A DNA stretch of 29,721 bases from a virus (lineage: Duplodnaviria > Caudoviricetes). The notes beneath the pieces were generated by a model that searched no databases, was not told the DNA's origin, and saw nothing but the letters and a program-made list of their open reading frames with translations. Position 1 is the stretch's first letter. Each line of letters begins with the position of its first letter. This document shows positions 13,747 to 22,956 of the stretch, in pieces. The stretch lies in IMG/VR virus record IMGVR_UViG_3300027863_000561, positions 1-29,721 of that record, one strand, 5' to 3'. The position numbers were made by a program, and so were the translations under genes.

Positions 13747-16308
13747 ATGGCAGATGAGGCCGTGGGCACCGAAGAACTGGATGGGACACAGGAGTTTGAC
13801 CCGTCTTCGCTGCCTTTGGGCACGCTTTCCCCCTTCGATGTTTCCGACCAGCCAATGTGGACCACGGAAAAGGGGAAAAACCTTCTTACGGATGAGCAAT
13901 CCAACGCAATCCGGGCCATGGTGGATGCGGTATCGAAGGCGGACGCGGTGGCGCGCCGTATTGAGGTGCAAGGCTGCTGGATGCTGGAGCTGCTTGACCG
14001 AGGATTCCATCGTCTGAAGCCCACGAATGGCGGGGGATGGGAGATTACAGGCGCGCCGGGGGTTGGCCGGTACTCGGGATACGGGATATTCGGCTCGAAT
14101 GTGGCAGGCGGCTGGTATGACACCAACGTCATCGGGGAGAAGAATGACACGATTGTCTCGCTGCTTACGCGCGAGGTGGCCGAGAGCACTTTCTTTGCCG
14201 AGAAGCCCGGCGATCCGGACGATGAGACCTACGCCGATGCGGCAAACGCGCTGAAAAGTTTCATTTCCGAAGACAATAAGTATGGGGCATTGCAGGCTGA
14301 CCTGGCGCGTAGCTTCTGCACGGACGAGACGGCCATAGCATACACGCGTCCCGTGGCCGACGCACAGAAGTGGGGCTACGAGGACGTATCGCCCGATGTT
14401 GTGCCGGAAACGGCGGATGGAGAGGACCCCGAGGACGCGGGAGCGGAGAGCAACAGGCCGCGCATTCGCACCATTTCCGAGATGTTCGGCAAGCTGGAGC
14501 GCAAGGTTTCAATCGTTTCAAAGTCGATGCAGGACTGGCAGTATTGCATGTTGTCTCGGGAGTACGACATTGCGGCGCAGAAGGCCGAGTTTCCCTGGAT
14601 CGCGTCGAAAATTACGGCGGGCGACTTGGGCATCGCCGAGTTGAAGCTGGACCGGCTGGCGCGTCAGTCGATCAATCTTTCCATGCAGTCGAATTACGCC
14701 ACCGGGGATTCGATGCTGCGGGACGTGACGAAGAGCCGTATCTGGTTCAGGCCGGGCTTCTATCTGGACGATAGCTGCCCAAAGAGTCTTCGCGCATGGT
14801 TCTGGCAGACCTTCCCGAAAGGGTTTTTGGCTGTCTATTCCGGGTCGCAGTTGGCGTTTGTCCGCAACGAGTCGATGGAAGAATCGTTGACCGAGTTTCA
14901 TGCCCGGACCGGGAAGGGCCAGAACCGGCGTGCGCTGACTGAATCTTATGCGGGTCCGCAGATGCGGGTGAATGTAATCACCGACCTTCTGGATGAGTTT
15001 GTACGCAAGGAAATACCCCGGGTTGGCTTGGATGCGGACATCTGGAATGTGGACGCTTTGCGCGCCTCCAGCACGCGGGTGGGCGTCTATGAGCCGTTCA
15101 ACGGAAGGAATTTGTCTCCTGGGCGTTCGGCGCAGGACAGCATGGTGCAGTTCCCGATGCCGCAGCCGCAACCGATTGCTTTTGAGTTCCTTCAATGGCT
15201 TACCGGGCCTTTGGCCGAGCAACTGACGCATGCCCAACAGGGGATTGCCGGTTCCCAGGACGCGAGCGACCCGGAGCAGACGGCCACCGAAGCCGGCATG
15301 AAGGATGAGAACGCGCGCAGCTCGTTTGGCGAGACGTGGAAGAACATGATTGATGGATTCGCCCAAATGACTACGCAGGCGGTGGCGTGGAACGCCCGTG
15401 TGCAGCCGGAAGCGGCAAAGTTCGACACCACCTTCCCTGGATTGGGGAGAATTCAGGCCCAGATGAAGGATTTGAAGCTGGGTTCGGCGATTGCGCGCGC
15501 GGACGCCTCGGCCAATTTCCCCGAGTCGTGGTCGGACCGCCAGAGGGTATGGAACCAGATGGTCAATGAGGCCCCGAACAACCCGGTGGTGGCGTCATGG
15601 CTCTCCGATCCTGAATCCGTGGCGTCGATGGCGGAGTTCCTGCCCAAAGGGGTAAGCAACCCCATTGTAGATGCGGTCAAAAAGCAGAAGGGCGAGTTCG
15701 ATGTGCTTTTGCGGAGCGGCCCGCAGCCCAACCCGCAGTACTTAGAGCTTCAGGCGCAGCTGGGGCCGCTTATAGAGCAGGGGTTGGCCGAACAGCAGCA
15801 ATTGCAGGCCGCCGGACAGCAGCTTGACCCGCAGAAGGAAGCCCAGCTTCAGCAGGCGCAGCAGCTTATCCAGAGCACGCCCCAGGAAGTGTCAAGTGTT
15901 CCAGTGCGGAGCACCGATCTGCACCAGGTTGAAGCGTCTGTTACCTTGAAGCTCATCAACGGGGCCATTGGGCGCAGGCTGGGATCAAGCCGCGAGCCGC
16001 AGGACCAGCAAATCTTTGCCAACCTCAATCTGCATTATCAGCAGCATATGGCCGAGGCCCAGAAGCAGGCGGCGCAGAACCAGCAGCCGATCCAGCCGCG
16101 CACCTCGATGACGGTGGCCGTGGACAAGCTCCCTCCGCAGGAACAGTCGAGCGCGTTGCAGAAGATGGGCATAGCCTCTACGCCGGAGAGCATACAGAGC
16201 GATCAGGCCCTTGCTCCGCACGAAGTGACTACGACGGAAAAGGGCGTAGGGCCCACGGGCAGCGAGGTTGAGCGTAAGACAAGCGTGGTAGGAAAATCAT
16301 TAAGTTAG
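13747..16308 (+). CDS. Probable portal protein (853 aa, Q-rich C-terminal barrel/extension)
   Basis: Position between TerL and scaffold/capsid, large size, QTATEA wing-like motif and Q-rich helical C-terminus as in P22-like portals. Confidence 0.75.
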   Translation: MADEAVGTEELDGTQEFDPSSLPLGTLSPFDVSDQPMWTTEKGKNLLTDEQSNAIRAMVDAVSKADAVARRIEVQGCWMLELLDRGFHRLKPTNGGGWEITGAPGVGRYSGYGIFGSNVAGGWYDTNVIGEKNDTIVSLLTREVAESTFFAEKPGDPDDETYADAANALKSFISEDNKYGALQADLARSFCTDETAIAYTRPVADAQKWGYEDVSPDVVPETADGEDPEDAGAESNRPRIRTISEMFGKLERKVSIVSKSMQDWQYCMLSREYDIAAQKAEFPWIASKITAGDLGIAELKLDRLARQSINLSMQSNYATGDSMLRDVTKSRIWFRPGFYLDDSCPKSLRAWFWQTFPKGFLAVYSGSQLAFVRNESMEESLTEFHARTGKGQNRRALTESYAGPQMRVNVITDLLDEFVRKEIPRVGLDADIWNVDALRASSTRVGVYEPFNGRNLSPGRSAQDSMVQFPMPQPQPIAFEFLQWLTGPLAEQLTHAQQGIAGSQDASDPEQTATEAGMKDENARSSFGETWKNMIDGFAQMTTQAVAWNARVQPEAAKFDTTFPGLGRIQAQMKDLKLGSAIARADASANFPESWSDRQRVWNQMVNEAPNNPVVASWLSDPESVASMAEFLPKGVSNPIVDAVKKQKGEFDVLLRSGPQPNPQYLELQAQLGPLIEQGLAEQQQLQAAGQQLDPQKEAQLQQAQQLIQSTPQEVSSVPVRSTDLHQVEASVTLKLINGAIGRRLGSSREPQDQQIFANLNLHYQQHMAEAQKQAAQNQQPIQPRTSMTVAVDKLPPQEQSSALQKMGIASTPESIQSDQALAPHEVTTTEKGVGPTGSEVERKTSVVGKSLS

Positions 16309-16319
16309 GGCGGTGACAG

Positions 16320-17564
16320 GTGCCAGATGATGGAGCGGTAGGAGTAGCGGAAGCGCCGATAGTTGAGGAAGTAGCGGCAGAAGCCGAGGCGCCGGCGGAA
16401 ACTTCCGAGAATGAGGGCAGCGAGCGGCTGGATGGCCGGAAGCAGCCAGACGCGCTGAAAAAGCACATTGCCGATTTGCGGCGACGCGCTGAAACGATTA
16501 CCGACCCGGCAGAGAAGAAGGCCGAGCTTGAGCGCATCAAGTTCCTCTACGATTCCAGCGGCAAGACCCGCGCCTACGAGCAGCATTTCCCCACGGTAAG
16601 AGAAGCGCGGGAAGTGAAGTCGCTGGTGGAATCATTTGGTGGCCGCGAGGGATTGGTTGAGCTTCAAAGCACGCTGTCCACGATCCAGGAGATTGACCAG
16701 CAGCTTGAGTCTGGCGACCCTCGCGCCGCTGAAAAGATGTGGGAAGAAGCCCCGGAGGGCATGGCCAAGCTGGCTCCGGCGATTTTCGCGAGGCTGGAGC
16801 AGGCAAACCCGCAGGCCTATGCCGAAGCGATCATTCCCCACGCTATCAAATTCTTTGAGAGCAACCGCTTCCCCGAGGCCTTTGACCAGATGGTGCAGTA
16901 CTATCGGGAGGGTGAGCAGGAAAAGGGGAACGCGCTGGCGGCCAAATTAGCGGACTGGTTCAACAAGAACCGCGAGGCCACGCAGGAACAGAAGGCCAAC
17001 CCGGAAGTTGAGCGCCTGCAACGCGAGCTGGAGGAAAGAAAATCCAGGGAGTCGGCGGCGGAGACGAACCGGGCATACGAGGAGGTGATCGCTCATGCCC
17101 GTCCGATCATCGACCGCCATCTCCGGCCCATAGCTACCAAGCTTGGCCTGAGCCGTGACCAGTATGACCTGCTTCGGGAAGATATATGGAGGTACCTCCA
17201 AGAGACTCGAAATGCCGATCCCACCTATAAAACGATAGCCAACGCGAAATACCGCGAGGGACTTTCCGCTGCTGTGCGCTATATGAAGAGCGAGACGGAA
17301 GCACGTGCCCAGGACGCGGTGCGGGCGCGGGTAAATCAGTGGTACAGGCACCAGCTCAAAAACGATGCCGCGATCACGCGCCACGCGACCCAATCTCCCG
17401 TGGTGCCTGGCGTGATGCGAGGCAAGGAGCCGACCCCGGCGGAAATCGATTACTCTCCGAAGGGGATCGCGGTCGCGAAGAAGTCGGGCTTTAAGGACCT
17501 GGGCGACATGATCCTTGCCGGGAAAGCTCCGCTGAAATCTGGTGGAATAAGGCAATGGAAGTGA
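16320..17564 (+). CDS. Probable capsid scaffolding protein
   Basis: Acidic, disordered N-terminus and E/A/K/R-rich helical composition, directly upstream of the capsid gene. Confidence 0.65.
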   Translation: MPDDGAVGVAEAPIVEEVAAEAEAPAETSENEGSERLDGRKQPDALKKHIADLRRRAETITDPAEKKAELERIKFLYDSSGKTRAYEQHFPTVREAREVKSLVESFGGREGLVELQSTLSTIQEIDQQLESGDPRAAEKMWEEAPEGMAKLAPAIFARLEQANPQAYAEAIIPHAIKFFESNRFPEAFDQMVQYYREGEQEKGNALAAKLADWFNKNREATQEQKANPEVERLQRELEERKSRESAAETNRAYEEVIAHARPIIDRHLRPIATKLGLSRDQYDLLREDIWRYLQETRNADPTYKTIANAKYREGLSAAVRYMKSETEARAQDAVRARVNQWYRHQLKNDAAITRHATQSPVVPGVMRGKEPTPAEIDYSPKGIAVAKKSGFKDLGDMILAGKAPLKSGGIRQWK

Positions 17565-17570
17565 TGCCTG

Positions 17571-17579
17571 TGCTATAGT
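17571..17579 (+). promoter_or_regulatory. Extended -10 promoter (TG-C-TATAGT) upstream of the capsid leader
   Basis: TGnTAnnnT match immediately after the scaffold stop. A similar TG-C-TATGAT occurs at 27472-27480. Confidence 0.5.
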
Positions 17580-17584
17580 GTTTG

Positions 17585-17736
17585 CAGCGAGTCACGGCCC
17601 ATAATAGTGACGGTACACCGCACCATACGCGGTTGTGTTGTGGCCCGGAAGAGGAGTAGACCCTCCTTAAAACGCTGGACTTCCGTGGAGAGCATGAAGG
17701 CGAAAGCTGAAATTCTTTTCACAGGAGGTCTGTCCA
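17585..17736 (+). promoter_or_regulatory. Structured 5' leader of the major capsid gene
   Basis: Stems 17591-95/17607-11, 17617-21/17629-33, 17646-51/17680-85 and 17652-56/17663-67; GAAA tetraloop 17702-05; anti-SD at 17658-17667. Confidence 0.55.
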
Positions 17737-19074
17737 ATGGCGGGCCCAATCAATGAAGCTGCGGTTGAAAGTATTGAACTTGAGCAGGTAGGGAAAGAAA
17801 TTGCCCTGGTCTGGCCCACGTTCCGTGGACTCTACAACGAGTTCGAGAAGTCGGCGAAAAAAGTAAACATCGCCAATGTCACGCAGGCCGCCGGAACGAG
17901 CCGTTCCGCGTGGCGCGAAACAATGATCATCCAGGGCGGCTCCGGCATCCAGGTGGGAAGCGGAGACGGTTCCCCGCTTGGCTCAGGAACGGGATCGAAG
18001 ACTGCGTCCTTTGCAATGGCCCCGATCTGGGCCTTCAACGTTACGCAATACACCCGTCTGGCGGAGATGGCCACCAGCGGCGCAGATCGTTCCGTGGTGT
18101 CCCTCACCAAGACGGAAGTCAAGCGGTCGATCAAGCAGTTCTACAACGGCATCGAATCGCTGTTCAACGGGGACGGCTCAGGCGCGGTGGACCAAATCCC
18201 GCTGGGGGCGACCGTGTCTTCCGGCAGCGGAACGGGCGACGAGACCAGCTACATCAGCGGGGTGCCCAGCGCCGCCGCTTTTGTCGATCAACAGGTTGTG
18301 CAGTTCTTCCCATCCGAGGGCGGAGCAAGCCGTGGTACCGCGACCATCAGCTATGTTGACGTCGTGGGACAGACGCTGTGGTTCTCGACCCCTCTACCGA
18401 GCACCGGCGGCGCGACGACTGTGGGCGACTTCATCATGGTTGCAGGGAGTTCCGGCGTGGCCGGGTCAAGCGTGCTTGGCATTCCCTACTGGAACTCCAG
18501 CGGGAACGTGGGGAGCAAGGGGGGATTGAGCCTTTCGACCTATCCTTCCCGTCTTTCCACTCCCGTCATCAATAAGGGCGGCGCGCAGATCACACCCAGC
18601 GACATCCAAAGGGCGATGGTGCTTTTGACCAGGACCCTCGGCGACGACGCCGAAGAACTGGAAAAGGGTGTATGGTACGGCAAGCCGGAACAGATGGCTA
18701 CCATCGCTTCTCAGTGGTACGACCTGATGGTGACTCAAAACCGAGAGCCAGAATCGGTGAATACCACTGACCGCGCCCGTGCTGGGCTGCCTGACACCTT
18801 TGGGCAGCGCAAGTATATCTACTCGAATACCGCCAAACCGGGCCGCATTGACCTGCTCTTCCTTGAGAACTGGTCGCTTGGCGAGCTTTGCCCGGTCGGT
18901 CTGTACGACTTTGGAGGCGGCAACACGGTGATGCCCGTGACGGACACTTCCGGGAACCCGGGAGCGACCTATACCACGGCCAAGATGTTCGTGTACGAGT
19001 GGGGCGGACAGTTGTGCAACCGCGTTCCACGCCATGGCCTCTACTTCACCAACGCGGGTACCATCAGTATCTAA
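17737..19074 (+). CDS. Major capsid protein
   Basis: Strong SD AGGAGG, 445 aa, position after the scaffold. LFNGDGSG motif and C-terminal GQLCNRVPRHG resemble HK97-fold coat proteins; hairpin downstream. Confidence 0.8.
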   Translation: MAGPINEAAVESIELEQVGKEIALVWPTFRGLYNEFEKSAKKVNIANVTQAAGTSRSAWRETMIIQGGSGIQVGSGDGSPLGSGTGSKTASFAMAPIWAFNVTQYTRLAEMATSGADRSVVSLTKTEVKRSIKQFYNGIESLFNGDGSGAVDQIPLGATVSSGSGTGDETSYISGVPSAAAFVDQQVVQFFPSEGGASRGTATISYVDVVGQTLWFSTPLPSTGGATTVGDFIMVAGSSGVAGSSVLGIPYWNSSGNVGSKGGLSLSTYPSRLSTPVINKGGAQITPSDIQRAMVLLTRTLGDDAEELEKGVWYGKPEQMATIASQWYDLMVTQNREPESVNTTDRARAGLPDTFGQRKYIYSNTAKPGRIDLLFLENWSLGELCPVGLYDFGGGNTVMPVTDTSGNPGATYTTAKMFVYEWGGQLCNRVPRHGLYFTNAGTISI

Positions 19075-19081
19075 CTCAACC

Positions 19082-19113
19082 GGGAGGGCGGTCAAAGCTG
19101 CCCTCCCTTACAT
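19082..19113 (+). terminator. GC-rich hairpin after the capsid gene (weak terminator or mRNA stabiliser)
   Basis: GGGAGGGCGG (19082-91) pairs with CTGCCCTCCC (19098-19107), followed by a short U tract TTACAT. Confidence 0.6.
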
Positions 19114-19127
19114 ATGAAAGGGCGGAC

Positions 19128-19475
19128 ATGGAGACGATTGAGGTAACGGACAAGCGGTCCAGCGCGGGCTACGTGAGAGAGAAGCCGGAGGTCCACGGAA
19201 AAGTCGAAGGATTTGTTCCCTCTGGCGATTATGTGCTGATTCGCAGAAATGAATCGATAGACCGGGACGGGATGATCGTGAGGCCGGAGATATCGGTCGA
19301 ACCTTCGGAACGCGGGGTGGTTATAGCGGTGAGCCATAAGGCAGCCCATGTGCCCGTAGGAGCGATTGCCAAGTTCGCCAAATACGGCGCGGAGAAAATC
19401 CTCTTCGACGATGCTGGAGACGATACTTACGTTTTGGTCCGGCACTATGATCTTCGCGGGTGGCACCTTGCCTGA
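19128..19475 (+). CDS. groES: GroES/Cpn10-like co-chaperonin
   Basis: PSGDYVLIRR...GMIVRP...ERGVVIAVS...VPVGAIAKFAKYGAE...YVLVRHYDL aligns by eye with the Cpn10 pattern PLxDRVLV...GIxxP...GxVVAVG...VGDxVxFxKYxG...YLIxxExDI. Confidence 0.75.
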   Translation: METIEVTDKRSSAGYVREKPEVHGKVEGFVPSGDYVLIRRNESIDRDGMIVRPEISVEPSERGVVIAVSHKAAHVPVGAIAKFAKYGAEKILFDDAGDDTYVLVRHYDLRGWHLA

Positions 19476-20148
19476 CATTGAGCGCAGGGAATGTCCTCCT
19501 GAGTTTCAGGAGCGCCTCACGCGCGCTGTGGGCACGAACCAGTATGGCGAGCCGCTGTTCAAAATAGCGTGGGGACAGACGGCCACTTATACGGCGGGAG
19601 GTGTTTGGCCGCATGATCATTTCTTCGGCTACCGCCAGCTGATGCTTTCAAATTCCAGTCCGTCCGGGAAGGGCCAACCGTGCTGGATGATTCTGGAGTG
19701 GCATCCTCCCCAGGATTACGGTACGGATGCGGAGTACTACTCCAAAAACCGCGACGAAACGACCGGATTGGACACCCTGGGGCCGTATCCCTATCACGGG
19801 CGCTATGAAGTTGCATTCAAGCTGGTGTCGCAGGAAGTACGCAACAATCGAATGACGATCATCAACTATCATCTCGACGGCATGGTGCTGGATACGGTGA
19901 TTCCGGTCATTGTGGAATCGCAGCGAATGACAATGCGAGACCGCTTGCGGGCCATCCGGGAAATGGAGGAACGAGACGAAAGGGCCCAGGACCGCGTTGT
20001 AGACGCGATTTATAACGACAGGAGAAAGCATGTTCTTCCGTCAGTAATCGCGGACAGGGAGCGGTTGATTCAGAAACAGCTGAGTTATTTTCTCAAGCAT
20101 TTTGGGCGCGTTCAGCCCGGATTCAAAGTTGGAAACGCAATGGCCTAA
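19468..20148 (+). CDS. Hypothetical phage protein
   Basis: TTG start overlapping the groES end; long ORF in the structural operon. Confidence 0.7.
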   Translation: MPDIERRECPPEFQERLTRAVGTNQYGEPLFKIAWGQTATYTAGGVWPHDHFFGYRQLMLSNSSPSGKGQPCWMILEWHPPQDYGTDAEYYSKNRDETTGLDTLGPYPYHGRYEVAFKLVSQEVRNNRMTIINYHLDGMVLDTVIPVIVESQRMTMRDRLRAIREMEERDERAQDRVVDAIYNDRRKHVLPSVIADRERLIQKQLSYFLKHFGRVQPGFKVGNAMA

Positions 20149-20160
20149 GGGAGGGCGACG

Positions 20161-21093
20161 ATGGCAACAGCAACAATCATCAGCTATGGAAACGTAACCA
20201 GCGGCAATAGAATATCGGAGTTGGGAAGGGCCGATAGCACGCCCGTCTACATCGATCCCGAGACGGTACGCCCTGTGGAGTATACGGTGTATCTCCATAC
20301 GATTTCGCGGCGTGCTTTCATGCAGCCCCATCCGATTTACAGGACCGTCATGGTCCCGGCGTGCCCCGCAGGAAAGCGTTCACACTCGTTCATGCAGGTG
20401 CAGCATCCTGTACACATGCCGCAGTTGAATCCTGACGATGTGAATGGGATGCCAATCACGCGGTTCGAGAATGCGAAGCGTGTGGCCCTGAGCATCTGCA
20501 ATCCGAACTATCGGGGGACCGATCTGTCCATCCAGGACAAAGAAGTCGATCTCTATGAAGTGATTGCCTCGGGCGAGTGCAACCTGACCCGGCAGGGAGT
20601 ATTCGCTTCGATGAACGCCGTCCCTACCGAGGAGGAACTTCGCAAGGCGGAGGCGAAGCGTGAGGCCTACTACCGTGCGCTCCTTGAGGACGGCGACAAG
20701 ATCGCCAAGTCGAGGCCCGATAAGCTGTACGAGCTTCTTACCGAAGATCACCGCATGGCCGCCGACTATTTTGGGATCGAAACAACGTGGCACCTTCAGC
20801 CGAAGGCAAAGACGGATTGCCCCAACTGCGGAGCGAAGATTCCGCAGGGAGTTGGGTTCCATTACGACAATGGGCGCGTTTGCGTACTCGATTGGGAGCG
20901 CGCATGGCTGGCTGGCGCGGTAAAGAAGGAAGACGTTCCCGAACCGAAGCAATGGTGGAAAGAAACTAAACAGGCTGCGCAACCGACGAAGGTGGAATTG
21001 CAGGCGAAGGCCAACGCCATGGGTATTGACGTAGATGCCCGCTGGTCGGTGGAAACGCTGCTGGCGAAGATCGCCGAGGCGCAAGAGGCCTAA
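20161..21093 (+). CDS. Hypothetical protein with CxxC motif and C-terminal HeH/Rho-N-like domain
   Basis: SD AAGGGAGG; CPNCG...H...C; C-terminal KVELQAKANAMGIDVDARWSVETLLAKI. Confidence 0.75.
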   Translation: MATATIISYGNVTSGNRISELGRADSTPVYIDPETVRPVEYTVYLHTISRRAFMQPHPIYRTVMVPACPAGKRSHSFMQVQHPVHMPQLNPDDVNGMPITRFENAKRVALSICNPNYRGTDLSIQDKEVDLYEVIASGECNLTRQGVFASMNAVPTEEELRKAEAKREAYYRALLEDGDKIAKSRPDKLYELLTEDHRMAADYFGIETTWHLQPKAKTDCPNCGAKIPQGVGFHYDNGRVCVLDWERAWLAGAVKKEDVPEPKQWWKETKQAAQPTKVELQAKANAMGIDVDARWSVETLLAKIAEAQEA

Positions 21094-21172
21094 GCAAAAG
21101 TTCCGGGCTGAGAGGGTTCCCAACGACCGCCCTCAATTAAGTTCCCTCAAGGCCCGGAAGCAAGGAAGGGTG

Positions 21173-22003
21173 ATGCCTACAACGCTGGTAGATGTTTCGA
21201 GCTTCCCCACGATCCAGACCATTACAAATCTGGTCCGTTCGGACGTTCGCGATGATATGCCCGGGGCCACGGACACGGTTGGCGAGGGGCAAATTCTCAT
21301 TGACAACATGAATATCAGCGTAACGATGGCAAACTTCTTCAACTCCGCAGTGCGGGAGCTGTCGCGCCAGCTACGCCTCCAAAACGCTCCCATGCTCATC
21401 CGGGACAACTACATAATCGCGAACATTCCGCCCATCAACGGCCCCCAAGGACTGGCGGTGGCCGATCCTTCGGTGCAGGTGGGGATCGGCACCAATGGAT
21501 ACTACGACGGGACCGAGTGGCACGCCTCCTATGCGCTTCCCAGCGACGTTTTTCAGGTAATCCGGTGCTGGGAAAGGAGGTCCGCATCGAACGACGTCTT
21601 CGTCGATATGGGCCAGCCTTCTGACGGAATGGCTGGCCTTTATCAAGGGCAGGGGTGGGGACGCTGGGAATGGCGCGGGGACATGGTGTGGACACCTGGA
21701 TCGCTTGATACTCGCGACCTTCGCATCCGCTATTTGATGATGCTCACCACGCAGTTTGTGGCGAACATCAACCCGGCGGAGCTTTACCTGCCTATCAAGG
21801 ATTGCGAAGAGTCGATTGCAAGGAAGATTGGGCGCATGTATGCGCGCCGCCAGGGCGGATCGATGTATGAAATCGCGTTGCAGGAAGAGAAAAGCGCAAC
21901 CAACGACTTTTTGAATCAGCACATTCACCAGAAGCAGGGCACAAATTACTTGACTAAGGGGTACGGATCGGAAGTCCCTCCCGTCCTGAATTTCGGCCAA
22001 TAA
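21173..22003 (+). CDS. Probable head-to-tail adaptor protein
   Basis: TIQTITNLVRS...FFNSAVREL...YALPSD...LRIRY pattern typical of podoviral adaptors; position in the operon. Confidence 0.65.
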   Translation: MPTTLVDVSSFPTIQTITNLVRSDVRDDMPGATDTVGEGQILIDNMNISVTMANFFNSAVRELSRQLRLQNAPMLIRDNYIIANIPPINGPQGLAVADPSVQVGIGTNGYYDGTEWHASYALPSDVFQVIRCWERRSASNDVFVDMGQPSDGMAGLYQGQGWGRWEWRGDMVWTPGSLDTRDLRIRYLMMLTTQFVANINPAELYLPIKDCEESIARKIGRMYARRQGGSMYEIALQEEKSATNDFLNQHIHQKQGTNYLTKGYGSEVPPVLNFGQ

Positions 22004-22059
22004 TCAACCGTGCGAGGAGCACCACAACCTTAATACTCGGTCGAGGAGGCCGAATCCAA

Positions 22060-22953
22060 ATGGCAAATCAACTTCTACTCGATCCGTTTCCAGGTGGACG
22101 GGACATCGGCAGTCAGGCGGACACATGGTCCGGCTCTGTTGCGTTGGCTGGCTCGGCTGTGGCGTCCGGCGAGCCTTTGAATTGGAGCAACGTCATTACC
22201 GGCGTGGGCTATAACGAGGTCAACCATGTCGGGGACGGCACGCATGGCAACGCAACCGCGCTGGTAACGGCTTTTTCCGCTAGCGGCGGGACCGTGACAG
22301 CCACGGCCAATAACAACTTCATCGTAGGACAGGCTGTAACTTTTGTGGGCAACACAACCGCTCTCGGGCTGCTTCTGAACGGCGTTGTGGTAACAGTGGC
22401 CAGTGCTACCCCAACCGCGTTCACCTTCCTTTCTTCCGCCACAGGGTCGGGAACGGGCGAAGTGGGGCTGGCCGTGACAGCGAATTCCAATGTGTACCCG
22501 CTTCAGAAGTCAAACGCCGCCGTGACCGGCCAGGTTACGGCCCTCTCGGCATCGGGCGGAATCGTTACGGTCACGGCCTCCAATACGCTCCTTCCCGGAG
22601 CACAGGTGGTCGTAACATCCACGGCGTCCGGCATTGGAACGGAAATCAGCGGAAACACTTACACCGTGATTCAGTCTACCGGCTCGGCTTTCACTTTTGC
22701 TTCTACAGCAACCGGTGCCACCGGGACGGGCACCTTCTCAGGGATCAACCCTCCCCAGCCTTACTCGGTGAAGTTCTGGTCGGAGCTTGCATCCGGGTAC
22801 GTCTATCAGTACTCGCGGACCACTGGAGTTCTCTACGTTAAGGTCCAGGGAGCGGCGGAGAGCGATCCTTTGGCCAACCTGGCCGCTGGAGCTTACCCAG
22901 CAGCAGTCCTCGGCGACGTTATCCGATATGAGGCGAAGTTCCAGAAAGCGTGA
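22060..22953 (+). CDS. Virion structural/decoration protein with two internal beta-rich repeats
   Basis: T/A/G/S-rich; duplicated unit VTAxSASGGxVTxTAxN...GxxV...TVxxxTxxAFTFxSxATG. Confidence 0.65.
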   Translation: MANQLLLDPFPGGRDIGSQADTWSGSVALAGSAVASGEPLNWSNVITGVGYNEVNHVGDGTHGNATALVTAFSASGGTVTATANNNFIVGQAVTFVGNTTALGLLLNGVVVTVASATPTAFTFLSSATGSGTGEVGLAVTANSNVYPLQKSNAAVTGQVTALSASGGIVTVTASNTLLPGAQVVVTSTASGIGTEISGNTYTVIQSTGSAFTFASTATGATGTGTFSGINPPQPYSVKFWSELASGYVYQYSRTTGVLYVKVQGAAESDPLANLAAGAYPAAVLGDVIRYEAKFQKA

Positions 22954-22956
22954 CAG

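Noticed and set aside
17690-17715. Hammerhead-like ATGAAG-GC-GAAA-GC-TGAAA in the capsid leader
   Set aside because: The core does not match CUGANGA (C3 and A9 positions are wrong), and no stem I/III with a cleavage triplet was found.
18888-19127. Open -1 frame from the capsid 3' end into the GroES-like gene (possible T7-style frameshift fusion)
   Set aside because: No X XXY YYZ slippery heptamer in the overlap. groES has its own plausible start at 19128, and stop-free stretches of this size are common in GC-rich DNA.
19084-21134. 10-nt complementarity between GAGGGCGGTC (19084-93) and GACCGCCCTC (21125-34)
   Set aside because: Short, GC-rich and 2 kb apart, with each site already in a local stem; consistent with chance.
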